NCBI RefSeq assembly: GCF_009834535.1
Contig: NC_045696.1
Coordinates: 36,086,001 to 36,150,000, forward strand
Source of the DNA: Camelus ferus
Lineage: Eukaryota
Reading direction: 5' to 3'
DNA: 64,000 nucleotides
In this document: positions 1 through 12,960 of the stretch, piece by piece
Numbering within the stretch: the first letter of the stretch is position 1
Layout of the letters: each line of letters opens with the position of its first letter
Translations under genes and position numbers: made by a program
Notes under the pieces: model-generated
The model's database searches: none
Seen by the model: the letters and a program-made list of their open reading frames with translations, nothing else
Told to the model about the DNA's origin: nothing

Positions 1-1435
1 TGGACAACCAAGAAAAAAAAACCCATTGTCTGATGGCCAAGATAGGCATATTACACATTGCAACTTGACCACATTATAATTCTTGACATGCTCTGTCAGA
101 GAAACGAGAAAAAGTTCAATCTTGAGGAAGTGAGAGACTGATCTACGATGTACACAAGAAATAAACAGCTCTACTACAGTAACAGAATTCTAATATATCT
201 CATCCAGGCTTACATGGAACTTGCAACGACAGTATATTTAAGAGAAATTAACTCAAGATATGTAAATTGATTGAGTGCTGAACTGTGCTGCAGTTGTTAG
301 AACTAATTTCTTCCCTCTGAATCTTATATTGATATTTATACCATTTTAGTAAGACTCTGTAATAAATCTCATATTAGGGGGTAGGGATTCTATTAAGTGA
401 AAGTAACCACATATTCATCCAAGCAAATGCCAAGTAGAACAAGAAACAGATTTTAAATGGAAGTTAAAACTCATATATGTAATGAGTGATAATAATTCTT
501 TTCATTACCAAAGTCCTTTCAAACATTCTGTCTCATGGACTCTTCATAAAATCCTTTGGTAAGGAAAGATATTTATCTCAGAGTTTAGGCCTGATATCTT
601 ATGGATTTCTATTGCTGTTTGACAATGCTATCTTATGAGCTGGGAATTTTATCAAGGTAACGTTTAAGAATAAATCATTGAAATTTAATTAGTCATTTTT
701 AACTGTTTTAGGAAAGTCAGTTGTAACTAAAGAACATTACATTTCCTCCTTTTTTATCCTTTAAAAAACGAGACTAATTTGCCTGAGAGACCAGGTGGTC
801 AATTTGCATAGATAAGATCTAAGAAAATGTGTACCACACTCGAAGTTTAGGGAGGCAGGGAAGGGGAATGTGGGAAGAATAATGTATTTTTTAATCTTTG
901 GTTTGCTAGCTTAGGCAAAGTCTTATTGGATCAGTGAGGACCAAAAATCTCTTTGTCTGTTTTCTAAAACCTTGGCCATTTTTCACATGAAATGTATCAT
1001 ATCTTTATTTTAGGAAACTTAATGAAGTAAACAGTACTAGAATAAAATAATAAAAAAATAGAAAGTTGAATGTAGAATAGTTTTAACTAATCAGAAATTT
1101 CATTTTCTTGATATAGCATATTTATTTTAGCCTTTTATTTAAAACATACTATATGTTTTAAATGTATGTTAAAATGTATCTGTTGCAGAAACAACACTGG
1201 TTACTTGCATCAAAAGTTGATAGTAATGAATATGAAAATACTCTAAGCTCCTTAAAACTAAGCTAATATACCATAAAACTGACTTTCAGAAATGGGATGT
1301 AAACTCTTTTGTCAGACCTGCTAGATTAAAGGAGAGAAAGAAGTGCTACCATTTGTAGGGTTTACTCTGGTAAGGGACAGAATAGAACTTCCACTACTAC
1401 AAAGCACCTCCCTTTTCCACTTAAAATGGCAGCTG

Positions 1436-1599
1436 AAGGGGGTAAGGTATAACTCAAGTCATAGACTACAAGCTTAGCATGCATGAGGTCCTGGGTTTAC
1501 TCTCCAGTACCTTCTCTAAAAATAAATAAACCTAATTACCTCCCCCACCCTGCCAAAATTAAAAAAAAAAATTTTTTTAATACATCCATAAAATTTTTT
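1436..1599 (+). mobile_element. tRNA-derived SINE, camelid Vic-1 type (diverged copy)
   Basis: Head GGGGGTAAGGTATAACTCAAGTCATAGA...CTTAGCATGCATGAGGTCCTGGGTTTACTCTCCAGTACC with degenerate A/B boxes; body AAATAAACCTAATTACCTCCCCC; A/T tail; near-identical flanks AAATGGCAGCTG / AATAGGCAGCTG as TSD. Same family as 5945-6077 and 32172-32299. Confidence 0.85.
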
Positions 1600-3189
1600 A
1601 AATAGGCAGCTGGTAAAAATGGGGAGCCTGACTGAAGCCTGAAGTTATTTCAGTAATTAACCTTTACATTATGAAAGAGAAAGCCCTGGTTATTCATGAT
1701 AGGAATGGAGAGGAAGGCTGATCTCCCTGAATATAAAATAATTATAGAATTATTCTAAATGTAGTATAACAAGAATTTTTCATTTAACTCCCTGATAGCC
1801 CAGGAGACAAGACTCAAGAAATGGGTGCAAGTTGTCTGGAGGGAAAGAAAAAAGACCACCTCAACCCACAATGGGAGAGAGTCTCAGATGAGAAACTCCT
1901 GGAAAGAAATTCCCTGTGACAAAGCACAGGCAATGAATGGTTATTTAAGTAATGTCTGATGTTCAACTTTTAAGTTATTTCCTTTTTAGATTTGTAATTA
2001 ACCCCCAGCATTCCTAACTAATTACTTAAAATTTCCTACACAGGAAAAAAAAATGTTCATTGTGCACTGAAGAATTAAGACATTCAGAAAGTGAGGAGAC
2101 CACTCAACCCAATCAAGCAGAAGACCCAGAGCAAGAACACAGAGTGCAGAGAAGAAGGTCTACGTGCTCTTTCTACACTGGAAGCCCTTGGAAATTCTGC
2201 TAAATGTACTGGAATTCCCATTGTTAGATGGGAAGCTCAAGTTTTGTTTCATTTTGTTTCCAATATTGAAAACACTGTGTGTTAAAAGGGAAAGTTAGAA
2301 GGTTAGAAAATATTATGTATGCATTTTGTAATTTATATTTACAATTTATATTTGTAATTTATGCAAGGTTCATTCAAAGTGTTGTGGTATTTAACAAGCT
2401 GGTAACATAAGCTCTTTCCTATTGCTAATTTATTTCTTTGGAATCCTAGAAAGGGCAGAGGACCACTGAACTAGAAAGCGGGGACAATCTCTGGCCCATC
2501 AGTGGACAGCAATGCAGCCTGGTTACCACTTCCTGTGATGTAGTTTCCTTCATCACAGGAAGCTGGTCAGGGAGTTTTGTCATCTTTCATACTATATCCC
2601 CAGTACCTTGCAAATATTTGGTAAATGAAAATTTGTACTCTCTCTGACTCATTATTTAAAATTTTTCACATAAAAAACCCTGTGTTAGTAGTGCCTTAAA
2701 GAATGAAACTATGCATAAAGAGTGATTTGCTCAAAAATTCAAAGTTCTAAATCCTGAAAACTTATTCTAAAATGGAGACTCTTTACATTAGATTTTAAGA
2801 TAGTTTCAGTTCTGATAGGAAATCATTCAGAAAAGCAATTTTAACTTTTCTTTACTACTTGTATCTGAAACTAAATTTTTTCCCTATAAATCACTCTCCA
2901 GATTAATGTCATTTTGAGCATTAACTGCATCTGATGATAGTGGAATTATTGTTTGGGATTTTTAAGAATAATTTTGATGTAATGATTATTTCACTGTCAA
3001 GACAATATCATTCTATTCCCTATATACATACAAAAGTATTCTTCAAATGTCACAGATCTGAACACTTGATTGAAAAATAAAATTGCTTTTAAAATGTTAA
3101 AAATAAATTTCTTTCCTGTCTAATCAAATAAAAAATTGAAATAAAAAGTTTCAATATATACATCAACCTATATAATGATTTCTACTCAC

Positions 3190-3293
3190 TCATGCCTACT
3201 TGCATCTCAATATTCCAAGGTAAAGTGTTTTAGGAAAGTACAGCCTTCTGCAGTAGCACAGCTCCTTGCTAATGTTACTGCTCATGCTATAAT
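3190..3293 (-). other. Candidate internal exon (probably 5'UTR or non-coding) of the unnamed minus-strand transcript
   Basis: Minus-strand acceptor TTTTATTTGTTTCAG (CAG = 3296-3294). Donor TGA|GTGAGT (3189-3184), or alternatively CAA|GTAGGC (3199-3194). Non-repetitive sequence, no recognisable protein. Splice signals are the only evidence. Confidence 0.3.
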
Positions 3294-3595
3294 CTGAAAC
3301 AAATAAAATTACAGAGTCTGTGAGTTTTAGCAGGATGATTGTCTGTTTTCCTCTATAGTCCAAATGCTTAACAAATTTTACTTTTCTTTTCACTTGATTC
3401 AATGCTTCTACTGCTAGTATTGCATTCTATTCCTTCAAAGAATGTCTCTAATGTTATGTGTGTGTGTGTGCACCCACTGTTTTTCCATTTTCTCTACTTT
3501 CACTTCTCTATCTTATGCCACTCTCTGGTAACTTTAACTGCCTAACATTGCACACTTTATTAATTGAGGTTTTATAAGTAAAATCCTACCAAGAA

Positions 3596-5470
3596 GAGGA
3601 TCTTGGGAATGTGGTAGTGGCAGAGGTATAGTTTTTGAATCTCTCCAAATATCCTAACAAAAACAGAACAACTGTGTGAGAAGAAGCTGATGAGAATGGA
3701 ATAAATATGCAGGGCAGAACCAACAGAAACAAAGAATAAGAAAGTTGAAATTAATGTTGGGGAGAGGAATAGAGCTAGGAAATCTCAGAAAGCAAGCCAC
3801 CACAGTGTCAAACACTATGAAGGTATTTTTAAAGTAAAAGGCAGGAGAGGGAGTTTTGTAAAGCTAGGAAATCTATACTAAACCACATCTTTTATTTTAA
3901 TGGTAAATGGTTGTTTTACTTTTATTAAAGAGACTGAAGAAAACACATCTTTATATAAGAAACTACAACATGGATGTATTGCATCATGTTTACTAATTGA
4001 ATATTATAATAAAGATGGTCTTCTGCTAACATAGAGTGATATAGTATTAACAAGACCAAGCTAACATGAAGTATGATATGAATCAATGTTTATGGCAATA
4101 GTAACCTTGACTATGTCAAAACAAAAAACAAACAACAAAAAAAGCCAGAAGGATGGGATCCTGTATAAAGCAATTTGAACTGAGAATGACTGAAAAGTTT
4201 AGAAAAAGTGATGATGAGTAATTTAAAAGACTTTATTCAAACCACTTAGATTTAAAACTTAAGATTAAAATTCAAGAAAATTCATTTTTAATTGCATTCA
4301 AGTAAATCAGTAAAGTAAACCTTTCTAAAAGTAAGGAAAACTAATTTTATCCAAAAAATTGAGCAACAAATAAGGTTCATAGTGAATTCTATATGAAAGT
4401 GTTTTATGGGGAAAAAAAGAGAAAAGAAACAGTAATATCCCCACAATGAACATAATGTAAGCTATAATACTAATTATAACAAATGTAAATTTTAATTCAC
4501 TATTTCAAAAGTAGCTAAACAATATTAAAATCAACATTATATAAAGATAAAATAACATAAATCTGAATTAGGAAAAATAAATGAGCTAGACCTTTGGAAA
4601 GAATAAAAAATAAAACCATCATTCAGAAATGAAAGCTAAACTAAGAAGACTACAAGAGCAATGAATATAACATGTAATGCCTTATTATAAGTAGAAGATC
4701 AAAGGAAATGAAGTGATAAACAGGATTAAGAGAAAGTCATGATTATAGAAGACAGATAATATCCAACAGATAACAGGAAATCCTGAAAAAGAAAAAGCAA
4801 GGGTATAAGACAAATACTAGAAACTATATTCTAAGAAACTTTTCAGAAACTTAAATAAAATATGTTTGTAACTACATATTGAAAGAGTGCACCTCATATA
4901 TGAGACTATCAAATATCAAACACCAAGATATATTCTAGTAAAATTACCAGGCTTTAAAGAAAAAGAAACATTTTCAGATATTAAGGTAAAACATATGATG
5001 CTAGCAAAGGAAAACAAATGTGAACTGAAGATTGTATATCCAGCAAAACCAACTTTCAAATATAAATTCATCTGATATCAATGTGCAAGAATTCAAGGAA
5101 TAATGTTCCTTTGAGCTCTTTCTGAGGACACTACTAGAAAACAGTTTCAAACAACCAAAATGACTAGAGATACTGATATAAGGACTGATTGTGAACATTA
5201 AATATACAGTTACATGTAGAAATACGAACTGACTAGTTAAAAGGCATGAAGTGCAGTATGTAATTTCTATATGCCCTGACAATGTAGATAAAGTATCACT
5301 TATAAGAAAATGGGAAAATGAGAAAAACAAACGCAAAAAATATTTTTAGTTATTTTCAGTCAGTTCACTTAGTAGTGTTGACATTAATACTGTTATTCTA
5401 AGTAAATTTTATATGTGATGTTGGGCAAAACAACTGAGTAATTCAAATTCTATCATCCTCTTTGGATGAG
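3596..5470 (+). mobile_element. Old HAL1/L1 ORF1-like LINE remnant
   Basis: A-rich strand bias. ORF 4887-5075 contains TPRYILVKL..FKEKE and ELKIVYPAKPTF, matching L1 ORF1p motifs (TPRHI.., PRILYPAKLSF). Downstream sequence resembles the HAL1 3' region. Confidence 0.65.
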
Positions 5471-5702
5471 TTCCTTAAGATTAATGTTACTGAAAAAAAA
5501 ATGAAAGAAGAAAGAAAAGAAAAAATTGTTCACCTTAGGAAGATAGGAAACAAAGAAACACATTTTTAAGATAAATTAAATTATCTTGTATCTTTTATCC
5601 AGTGTAAATTATCCTTGGCAAATTTTGGAGAAGTTTCACTTTCCTCCCTCACCCTGGGCTAACTCTATTTTCAAAAAGACTAAAATTGTGTCTTTTTTAG
5701 TA

Positions 5703-5850
5703 ATCTTATGAAAATAATTATTATCTCCATTTTACATAGAGAAAAATGAAACTTCAAGAGGCTAAATTATTTGCACAAAATCTCACAGCTACTAAGCTGA
5801 GCTATGGTTTAAATCCAATTATTTTGAGTCAAAATCCAATGTTCATTCTA
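5703..5850 (-). mobile_element. MIR SINE fragment
   Basis: ATTATCTCCATTTTACATAGAGAAAAATGAAACTTCAAGAGGCTAAATTATTTGCACAAAATCTCACAGCTA resembles the MIR core. Confidence 0.7.
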
Positions 5851-5944
5851 TTATGACACATACTCACACAAGCACAAACAAAATACAAAAGGAAAAAGTA
5901 GACTAATTTCCCAGTTAATTCCAATAATTTCAACTGATGAGAAT

Positions 5945-6077
5945 TTTTTTTGTTGGGGAGGAGGTAAATTGGTTGTTTATTTATTTATTTTTTTTTTTAA
6001 TGGAGATACTGGAGGTTGAACCCAGGACTTGTGCATGCTAATCATGCCTTCTGCCACTAAGCTGTATCCTCCAACCT
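5945..6077 (-). mobile_element. tRNA-derived SINE, camelid Vic-1 type
   Basis: Reverse-complement head ATACTGGAGGTTGAACCCAGGACTTGTGCATGCTAATCATGCCTTCTGCCACTAAGCTGTATCCTCC, with GGGGAGGAGGTAAATTGGTT and a T-rich tail on its left. Confidence 0.85.
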
Positions 6078-6089
6078 AGAATGTTGTTT

Positions 6090-6650
6090 TTTTAATTTGT
6101 ACTAAAATGTAGACTACATGGGGGAAAGTTCACATCTTAAATGTATAGCACAATGAATTTATGAATTTTGCATATGTATACATCCATGTAATTACTGACA
6201 GAATTTTAAACATCTTCAGCATCCTATAGCTCCCTCATAACCCCTCACAGTCACTATCCTCCCCAAAACTAACCTAACTTCTATCAAAAAAGATATGTTT
6301 TCACTATTCGTGAACTTTATAAAAATGGGATTACACAGTATGTTCTATTTTGTCTGACTCATTTGCTCCACATTGTGTCTCTGAGATTCATCCATATAGT
6401 TGCATCTGTGAAAATGTATCCATGTAGTTATTCTAGTTTGTTCTTTTCCATTGATGTATTCTACTGTATGAATATGCCTCAATGTATTTATCCATTGTCC
6501 TGTTGATAGAGTTTCTAGTTGTTTCAGTTTGAGGCCATTATGAATAAAGTTTTAATAAACATTCTTTTGGATTTAGTATGATGACCATAAGCACTTACTT
6601 TTCTTGAGGATGTTCCCATGTCACGGCACAGGGATGAGCTTAGCTGTAGG
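6090..6650 (-). mobile_element. Old L1 (L1M-type) 3' end fragment
   Basis: Typical antisense L1 3' text, e.g. ATAAAAATGGGATTACACAGTATGTTC...TGAGATTCATCCATATAGTTGCA and TTTATCCATTGTCCTGTTGATAGA. Confidence 0.75.
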
Positions 6651-6714
6651 TGAGTCCAGCGTCTTTACAACCTAAATGCTTTTCTGTTCGGTCCAAATTA
6701 CTATACTCTCTTAA

Positions 6715-7092
6715 AGGCATTTGCCTTGCTTCCCATTACAGGAAAACCTCAAGGCCAGCAGGAAAGGCCTTGCACTTTTTTGCTGACCAATTTTCTATCC
6801 TGATCTATTGCCACTACTGACATTACATCTTACTCACTAGAGACAAAAAACTGCTTGAAATCAGCCATGTTGTTACCACACTCATATCCTGGCTAACACT
6901 GAACTTTCTGCCTAGAGTTTTTTCCCCTCAGTATTCATTTTGTAACATCCTACACATCTCTGAAGATGCGTTTATGTTTCTGACTCCTCCACTAGGCTGC
7001 GAGCTCTTTCAGAACATTCTTCCATTCATCTTTATGTTCCTAACCTCCAGCATCATATCTGACCTAGTCTTAAATAAGTGAACAAATGAATG
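6715..7092 (+). mobile_element. L2 LINE 3' fragment (degraded)
   Basis: CTCCACTAGGCTGCGAGCTCTT...TTCATCTTTATGTTCCTAACCTCCAGCA...AATGAATG resembles the L2 3' terminus. Confidence 0.5.
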
Positions 7093-9080
7093 TACGGAGC
7101 ATTCAGAATTTAAGAATTAGCTGCAAAGATTGCTTGCCTAAAATTACAAATTTGTTGTTCCAGCTCCCTCCCCCAGTTGTCTCTCACAGTGCAATGCATC
7201 TCTGCACTGATTCTATTGTATCTTTCTATTGAAGATACAATAGAAAATTAGAGTAGATTTAAATAACGTAAATCTCTAAGACTGTTTTATCTGGCCTGTA
7301 TTTTCAAAGATTATGGTCACTAATTTTGAATACAAATGCAAAATTTCAAAAATTACTCTGTACAACTACCCGTGATCTTAATAATTTCAATATGATGTCC
7401 CAAATGGAAATTTCACAACAAAGAATATAAATATTATATTTTTTGTAATTTAAGCATTAGGATTTCTGCACATACATAAAAATTGATCTGGAACCAGACA
7501 ATACATCTGGAAACATTTTGTAACCTGGATTAGAACCTCATGAGAAATCAAAATGCATTACAGATTTAATCTAAAATTTTAGCTTAATTAGACTTCTCAT
7601 ACCCTATAGGAAGCTATGTTTTAAGATTGGCTTGTCATCAAAGGCATATGGTTAACCAAATGTGTGAAGAAATACAAGGTTTCACAGTAAAACATTAGCA
7701 ATGTATGTGCAAATGAAAGTGTTATATGTATCTACACCAAAGGAGACATATGCTTTAAATAGTTGCCACTCCTCATTGCAAAACCATTTTGGTTTTATGG
7801 AGCAGTCCAACTGTGTTTTTTAGTTTGGGAGTTCAAGAGACAAAACCCTTTAATAGCTAAAAAGAACATTTTTTGATGCATTAACTCCAGTACTTTGGAT
7901 GACAATTTTCACTCTGAAGTTCCAAGAGAAAATCTTATTTCCCCTTCTGTATGTAAAATTTTTGGAAGATTTTTTTTTTATTGGTTTCCATTGTTGTTGC
8001 AAGAAAAAAAAAAAAAAAAAGCCTGATGTATGGGCACCATACTGCACTAGCTGATTTTTAACAAACAATTCCATATGTTGGTCCCAGGGTAAAGGTGAAA
8101 ACCTCTGCTATTATTAACTATGATTAAATCTTTTCCAGGAACCAGATATTATGATATTATCTGTTTTTTATCTTACATTTAATAAATATTCTGTAATATA
8201 TGAAATATTAGAAAGAAATTCATATAGATTTTATAGAGAGAGTAACTTGAAAAGAAATTTTGCTTCCAGATGTCTAAATGATCAAGTCATTGAATTTGGA
8301 GAAATATAGAATGATAACAGAGTTTACTAATAGTTTCCAAAGTTTTAGGCATTTCTTAATGCTTTATTACTTTTTAATCCTTTCTCATTTTAAACACCTT
8401 TTCTTACATGTTTTATTATTAAACTAGTTCACCAGGGAAAATTTCAAAATTCAGAAAACCTAAAAGAACTGGGAAAAAGTTCATCTTTAATCCCATCCAG
8501 AGAAAACCACAGTTAACTGTCCTTTTCTAAGAAGGATGGAAGTTGTCATTAAAAATATGACAATGGCTAATCATTTCTTGAGAATTCTGGATTTTATGAA
8601 GAAAACAGACAGACAGAACTGAACTTCTCCCAAGAATATTTGAGCAATTCTTAAGTAACGCTAAGAAAAACTATACTTTAGCCAATTGCAACTGGAAACT
8701 CTAGGGGTCTGAAAACTTTGGGATCATATGAGCTATATAGAATATGGAAGTAATTAAACTCAGGAAATGGTAAAGAAAATGACAACAGAATAACCACAGA
8801 CAGAAAAAGTTCACAAAGATTTTTTTAAGAAAGAACCAATGAATAAGTAAATTTCTTAAACATCGCCTATGTCAATGACAACTTGTCTCCTTGGACAAAC
8901 ACCTTCAGTAGAAGAAAACTGAGCAATTTCTTGGGGACATTTCAAACTTTGATCCTGGTTTCTGAACATATAAGAAAACTGTAGGTGGGCAGAAGAGAAA
9001 AGTAATAGTTTGCTGCTGCTAACTCCAGTCCTTATTTTACCTCACTTTACTGTTTCTTCTATCCAATGTTTGGGGAAGAG

Positions 9081-9155
9081 AAAGGAAGAAAAGGGAAAAG
9101 AAAGGAAGGGGAAGGCAAGGAAGGGAAGGGAGAGGAGAGACAGGGAGAGAGAGAA
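9081..9155. repeat. GA-rich low-complexity tract
   Basis: AAGGG/GAAA/GAGA purine run; it explains the K/E/R-rich ORF 9010-9243. Confidence 0.8.
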
Positions 9156-9869
9156 TAAATGGACAGAGGACAGAGAAAGCATCAAAAAGTTTCTACTGGA
9201 TTCCTCTGAAAAATTACAGAAATTACAAGAAAGAGTGCATTAGGTGAACAAACAAAAACAAGTAGCCACAACAAAACCTGCAAAAAAAAAAGCACGAAGG
9301 AAACTACAATTGTCCTGAGCTGGTCATTGTGGTCAGGAAAATATTTACATTTTGCCCTTTCCTTTCTTCTGTGTCAGTTTGGGAAAATCATGACTTGCCA
9401 TTTGGCTATAGAAGCCATACGCTGATAACAGATTGGGCTACCACAGAAGAATCTCATGGTGCTGCAAAAGCCCTGATAGGGTGAGAAGTGGACTCAAACA
9501 GATCCAAGCTGACCTTCTGGCCTCCATCATTCATTCTTTAATGCCTTCTTATCCCCAGAACTACTGAATTACAAACTAAGGAGACTGCTTTCTCCCTTTC
9601 TTCCCAAGAGTTAAAAGTGAGTGCCTGACCACAGAAGCAGGCTGACAATAAGCAAATGTTTCTTATCATTAGTGGTCCACATCTGATGATGATAACCAAG
9701 AGTGAACAATGGCAGTTCTATAGTGTCTAAAATTCTCTACCTTGAGCCTCACCCCTTTCCATTTCCAAAAATTTATCAGGAGAGGCAGAAATTATCATTT
9801 AGCCCTCGGTGTTTTTCAATACACATTACCAGGCAGAGTAGCTGATAATCAACCTCACAGGGTAATGTG

Positions 9870-12800
9870 CTTAAAGACAAAACAACAGGTACAACCACCA
9901 TAAAAGAAAACAATGAATTGAACATATATGAATTAAAGCTGAACAGAGGAATAAAAAATTAAAGCATAATAAATAACAAATATATGAAGAAGAGGTTAGC
10001 CTTATCAAATGGGAACAAGAACTGAAGAACTGATCACATAGGTCTAAGAACAACAATCGTTAAAAGAATTGAGAGACTGAACAAACACAATGATGGACAG
10101 AGTCTAAGAGTAAAACAACTGAGCAAGAAATCAGATTAAGGCAATCTTCCAAAAGGTAGCAAGAAAAACTAAAATAATATAAAATATAAAATAAAAATAA
10201 AGAGATACGGAAAGGTCTAGTTTCAGATGGTAGGAATCCCTGAAATAGGAGACGTAAAAAAGGAAAGAAGAAACAATGAAGATAAATTGCCCAGAATAAA
10301 TGAAAAGTGAGACTTCAGATTGAAAGTTCTTGGGGCAATTTAAAAAAACAATAAGAAACTTTACTTCTCGACACATTATTGTGATATTTAAGAATACCAA
10401 AGACGTAAGAGTAGAATTCCAAAAGCTTCCCAATAGGAAAAGCAACAGATCATCTACAAAAGGATAGGAATCAGTCTACCTTGGGTTCTCTGCAGTGAAG
10501 ATTCATGCCTTAATGAACTGAAGGGAAATGATTTTAATTTAAGAATTTTATCTCCAGTTATATTATCTTTTAAATATTAGGAAATGATTAAAAAGTTTCT
10601 CAGACATATAAAGTATTGAGTAATTTGCCATATTAAAGATACCTTGAAAACAATCTTGAAGAAAGTATTGAAACAAGAAGATAAAGATGGTTATAAAAAT
10701 TTTATATTGAACATTATCAAATGCCTTGATAATATATGTAATCTAGAAAGCAAGAATCAAAGAAAAGAAAAAGAAGATATACATCTGTAACCAGTCAAAA
10801 ATAAATACTATTAACTATCAACACTTGCAGTGGGTGATTTTCCTGCAAGGCAATCAACAAAATCAATAGACCGAACTATTAGAACTAAAAAAAGTTGACA
10901 TAGATTTCCTGATATAAAATTAAATTGCAAAATTCAATAGGATCTCTTCAGATACAAACAATAACAATTAGAAACTATAGTAAGAATGAGATACTACCTA
11001 AACACTGTATATTTCTAGGACTTACTTTAAACACAAATACTCAAGACTCCAGGGGGAAATTTTCTGGCATAGATAAGCTGAATGGATGGAGAGATAGACC
11101 ATGCCCTTGGGTGAGACAGCTTAAAAGTATAAAAGATGTCAGGTATCCCCTATAAATTCAGTACATTCTTAATCTAAAAGAAATTTTTGAGAAATGTGAC
11201 ACATTTATTCTAAAATTTATATGGAAAACAAAGGTTCACAAATAGCAAAATCTGTATTAAAAAGAAGAGAAAAAGGAAATTTGGCATATCAGGTATTAGT
11301 TCATTCCATCCGGCCTTAGTTAAACATGTGTGTGTATATATATATCTCCACAGTGGCCAATATATTATGGCACAAGAACAATGATTCTATGGAAGAAGAT
11401 AGCTTATACTGATCCACGACCAGAAATATATGATAAAAGTGGCAGCACAACCAATGGACAAATGGTAGATTGTTGAATAGAAGGAGTTGGGGAAAATGTC
11501 ACTACATGGAGAAAAATAAAACTGAATCTCTGTCTTCATCTACCCAGGCTATTATAAAAGAATACCATAGACTGGGTGGCCTAAAACAACAGAAATTTCT
11601 CACAGTTTTTGAAGCTACAAGGTTGAAGATCATGCCACCAACAGACTCACTGTCTGGTGAAAGCCTGCTTCCTGGTAAGAGACAGCCATCGTCTTGTCAT
11701 GTCCCCACGTGGGGGACGGGTAAAGGAGCTCTGTGGGGTCTTGTTCATTAATGCACTAATCTCATTCATAAGGGCTCTACTCTCATGACCTAGCCACCTC
11801 TCAAAGGTCACACCTCCTAACATTTCCACATTGGGGATGAGGATTTCAACATATGAATTTGGGAGGGACACAAACATTCAATCAATAGCAATCACCATTC
11901 ACACCACATATAAATGTAGACTCCAAATATACTAAAGACTCAAATATGTAATGAAAAACTATAAAATTAATAACAGATAACATGGAAGGATAAATCGGGG
12001 ACATTTGGTGGGGAATAACTTTTTAAACAAAACCTAAAACCACACACACAAAAAAGCCCACAACTTATTACAACAAACTCAAGGACTTTGCTCAAGGAAT
12101 GACTTCATGAAGATCAGAGAAAATGAAGAAATGAAGATCAGAGAGAAATGGAAGACTGTAAGAAATTTTCAATGTCTAAAACTATTAAGTTTCTAATGCA
12201 TAGACCATAATGAGAAAATTGAAAAGGAAAAGATATCAATTCCAATTGAAACTGAGCAAAGTATTTGTTCCAGCAATGTACAGAGGAGGTAGTCTAAAAG
12301 GCCAGCTAATATACGAGGAGATATTCAGACCCATTAGTAATCAGGAAAATGTGTGGTAGAGCAATGAGACATCAAAAACAATGAGATGTATTTTACATGC
12401 CTATATATTTTACACCTATACCAACAAAAATTAGCAAGCTAGATAATGTCAAGTGTTGGCAGATTTGTGGGAATATGAGAATCCTCAGGAACTGCAGGTA
12501 GGAACATGGATTGGTGTAGACATTCAGGAAGCAACATGTTAACACTTATTTAAATTAAACATGTATATAACCTGTAACCCAGCAACCCTGTTTGTATGTA
12601 TATGTCAAAGAGCTCCTCACATATGTTCACAGGGATCTTGTAGCTTTGTACGTGGGACAGAAGGCTGCAGACATTATAGGAGACACCACTGAGGAAGGGG
12701 GTAGGTTACACCTGGTAAATGCACACTATGGTGACTATATTACACATAACCACAAAGAGAACTCTTAAAACATGTCAACGAGTGACAATGGTAATAAGAA

Positions 12801-12960
12801 CAAGAATGAGACCTAGTCCAATACCATTTACATAAGTTAGAAATAGATGCATGTGAAACAGCAATACATATTATAAGACTGTATGAACAGAAAGATACAC
12901 ACTACGCTTGCCTTTTGTGGAGGAGGGGTTGAAAATGGGAATAAAAGAAATGCATCAATA
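9870..12960 (+). mobile_element. Long degraded ancient L1 (ORF1, ORF2 and 3' region remnants), interrupted by an MLT1A LTR
   Basis: A-rich strand with ORF1-like segments (ACTTCTCGACACATTATTGTGATATTTAAGAATACCAAAGAC; AGAATTTTATCTCCAGTTATATTATC) and ORF2-like segments (ATGGATGGAGAGATAGACCATGCCCTTGGGTG; ATTCTAAAATTTATATGGAAAACAAAGG; GATAATGTCAAGTGTTGGCAG). Heavily stopped and frameshifted. It may extend left to about 8.5 kb. Confidence 0.75.
11531..11890 (-). mobile_element. ERVL-MaLR solo LTR (MLT1A-like)
   Basis: TG...CA ends; AATACCATAGACTGGGTGGCCTAAAACAACAGAAATTT; GGATTTCAACATATGAATTTGGGAGGGACACAAACATTCAATCAATAGCA; 5-bp TSD-like ATCTC/ATCAC. The L1 ORF2 sequence resumes on both sides. Confidence 0.88.

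Noticed and set aside
4887..5075. 62-aa ORF as a gene
   Set aside because: It is a decayed HAL1/L1 ORF1 fragment with a non-ATG start.
9010..9243. K/E/R-rich 77-aa ORF
   Set aside because: It arises from a GA-rich low-complexity tract.
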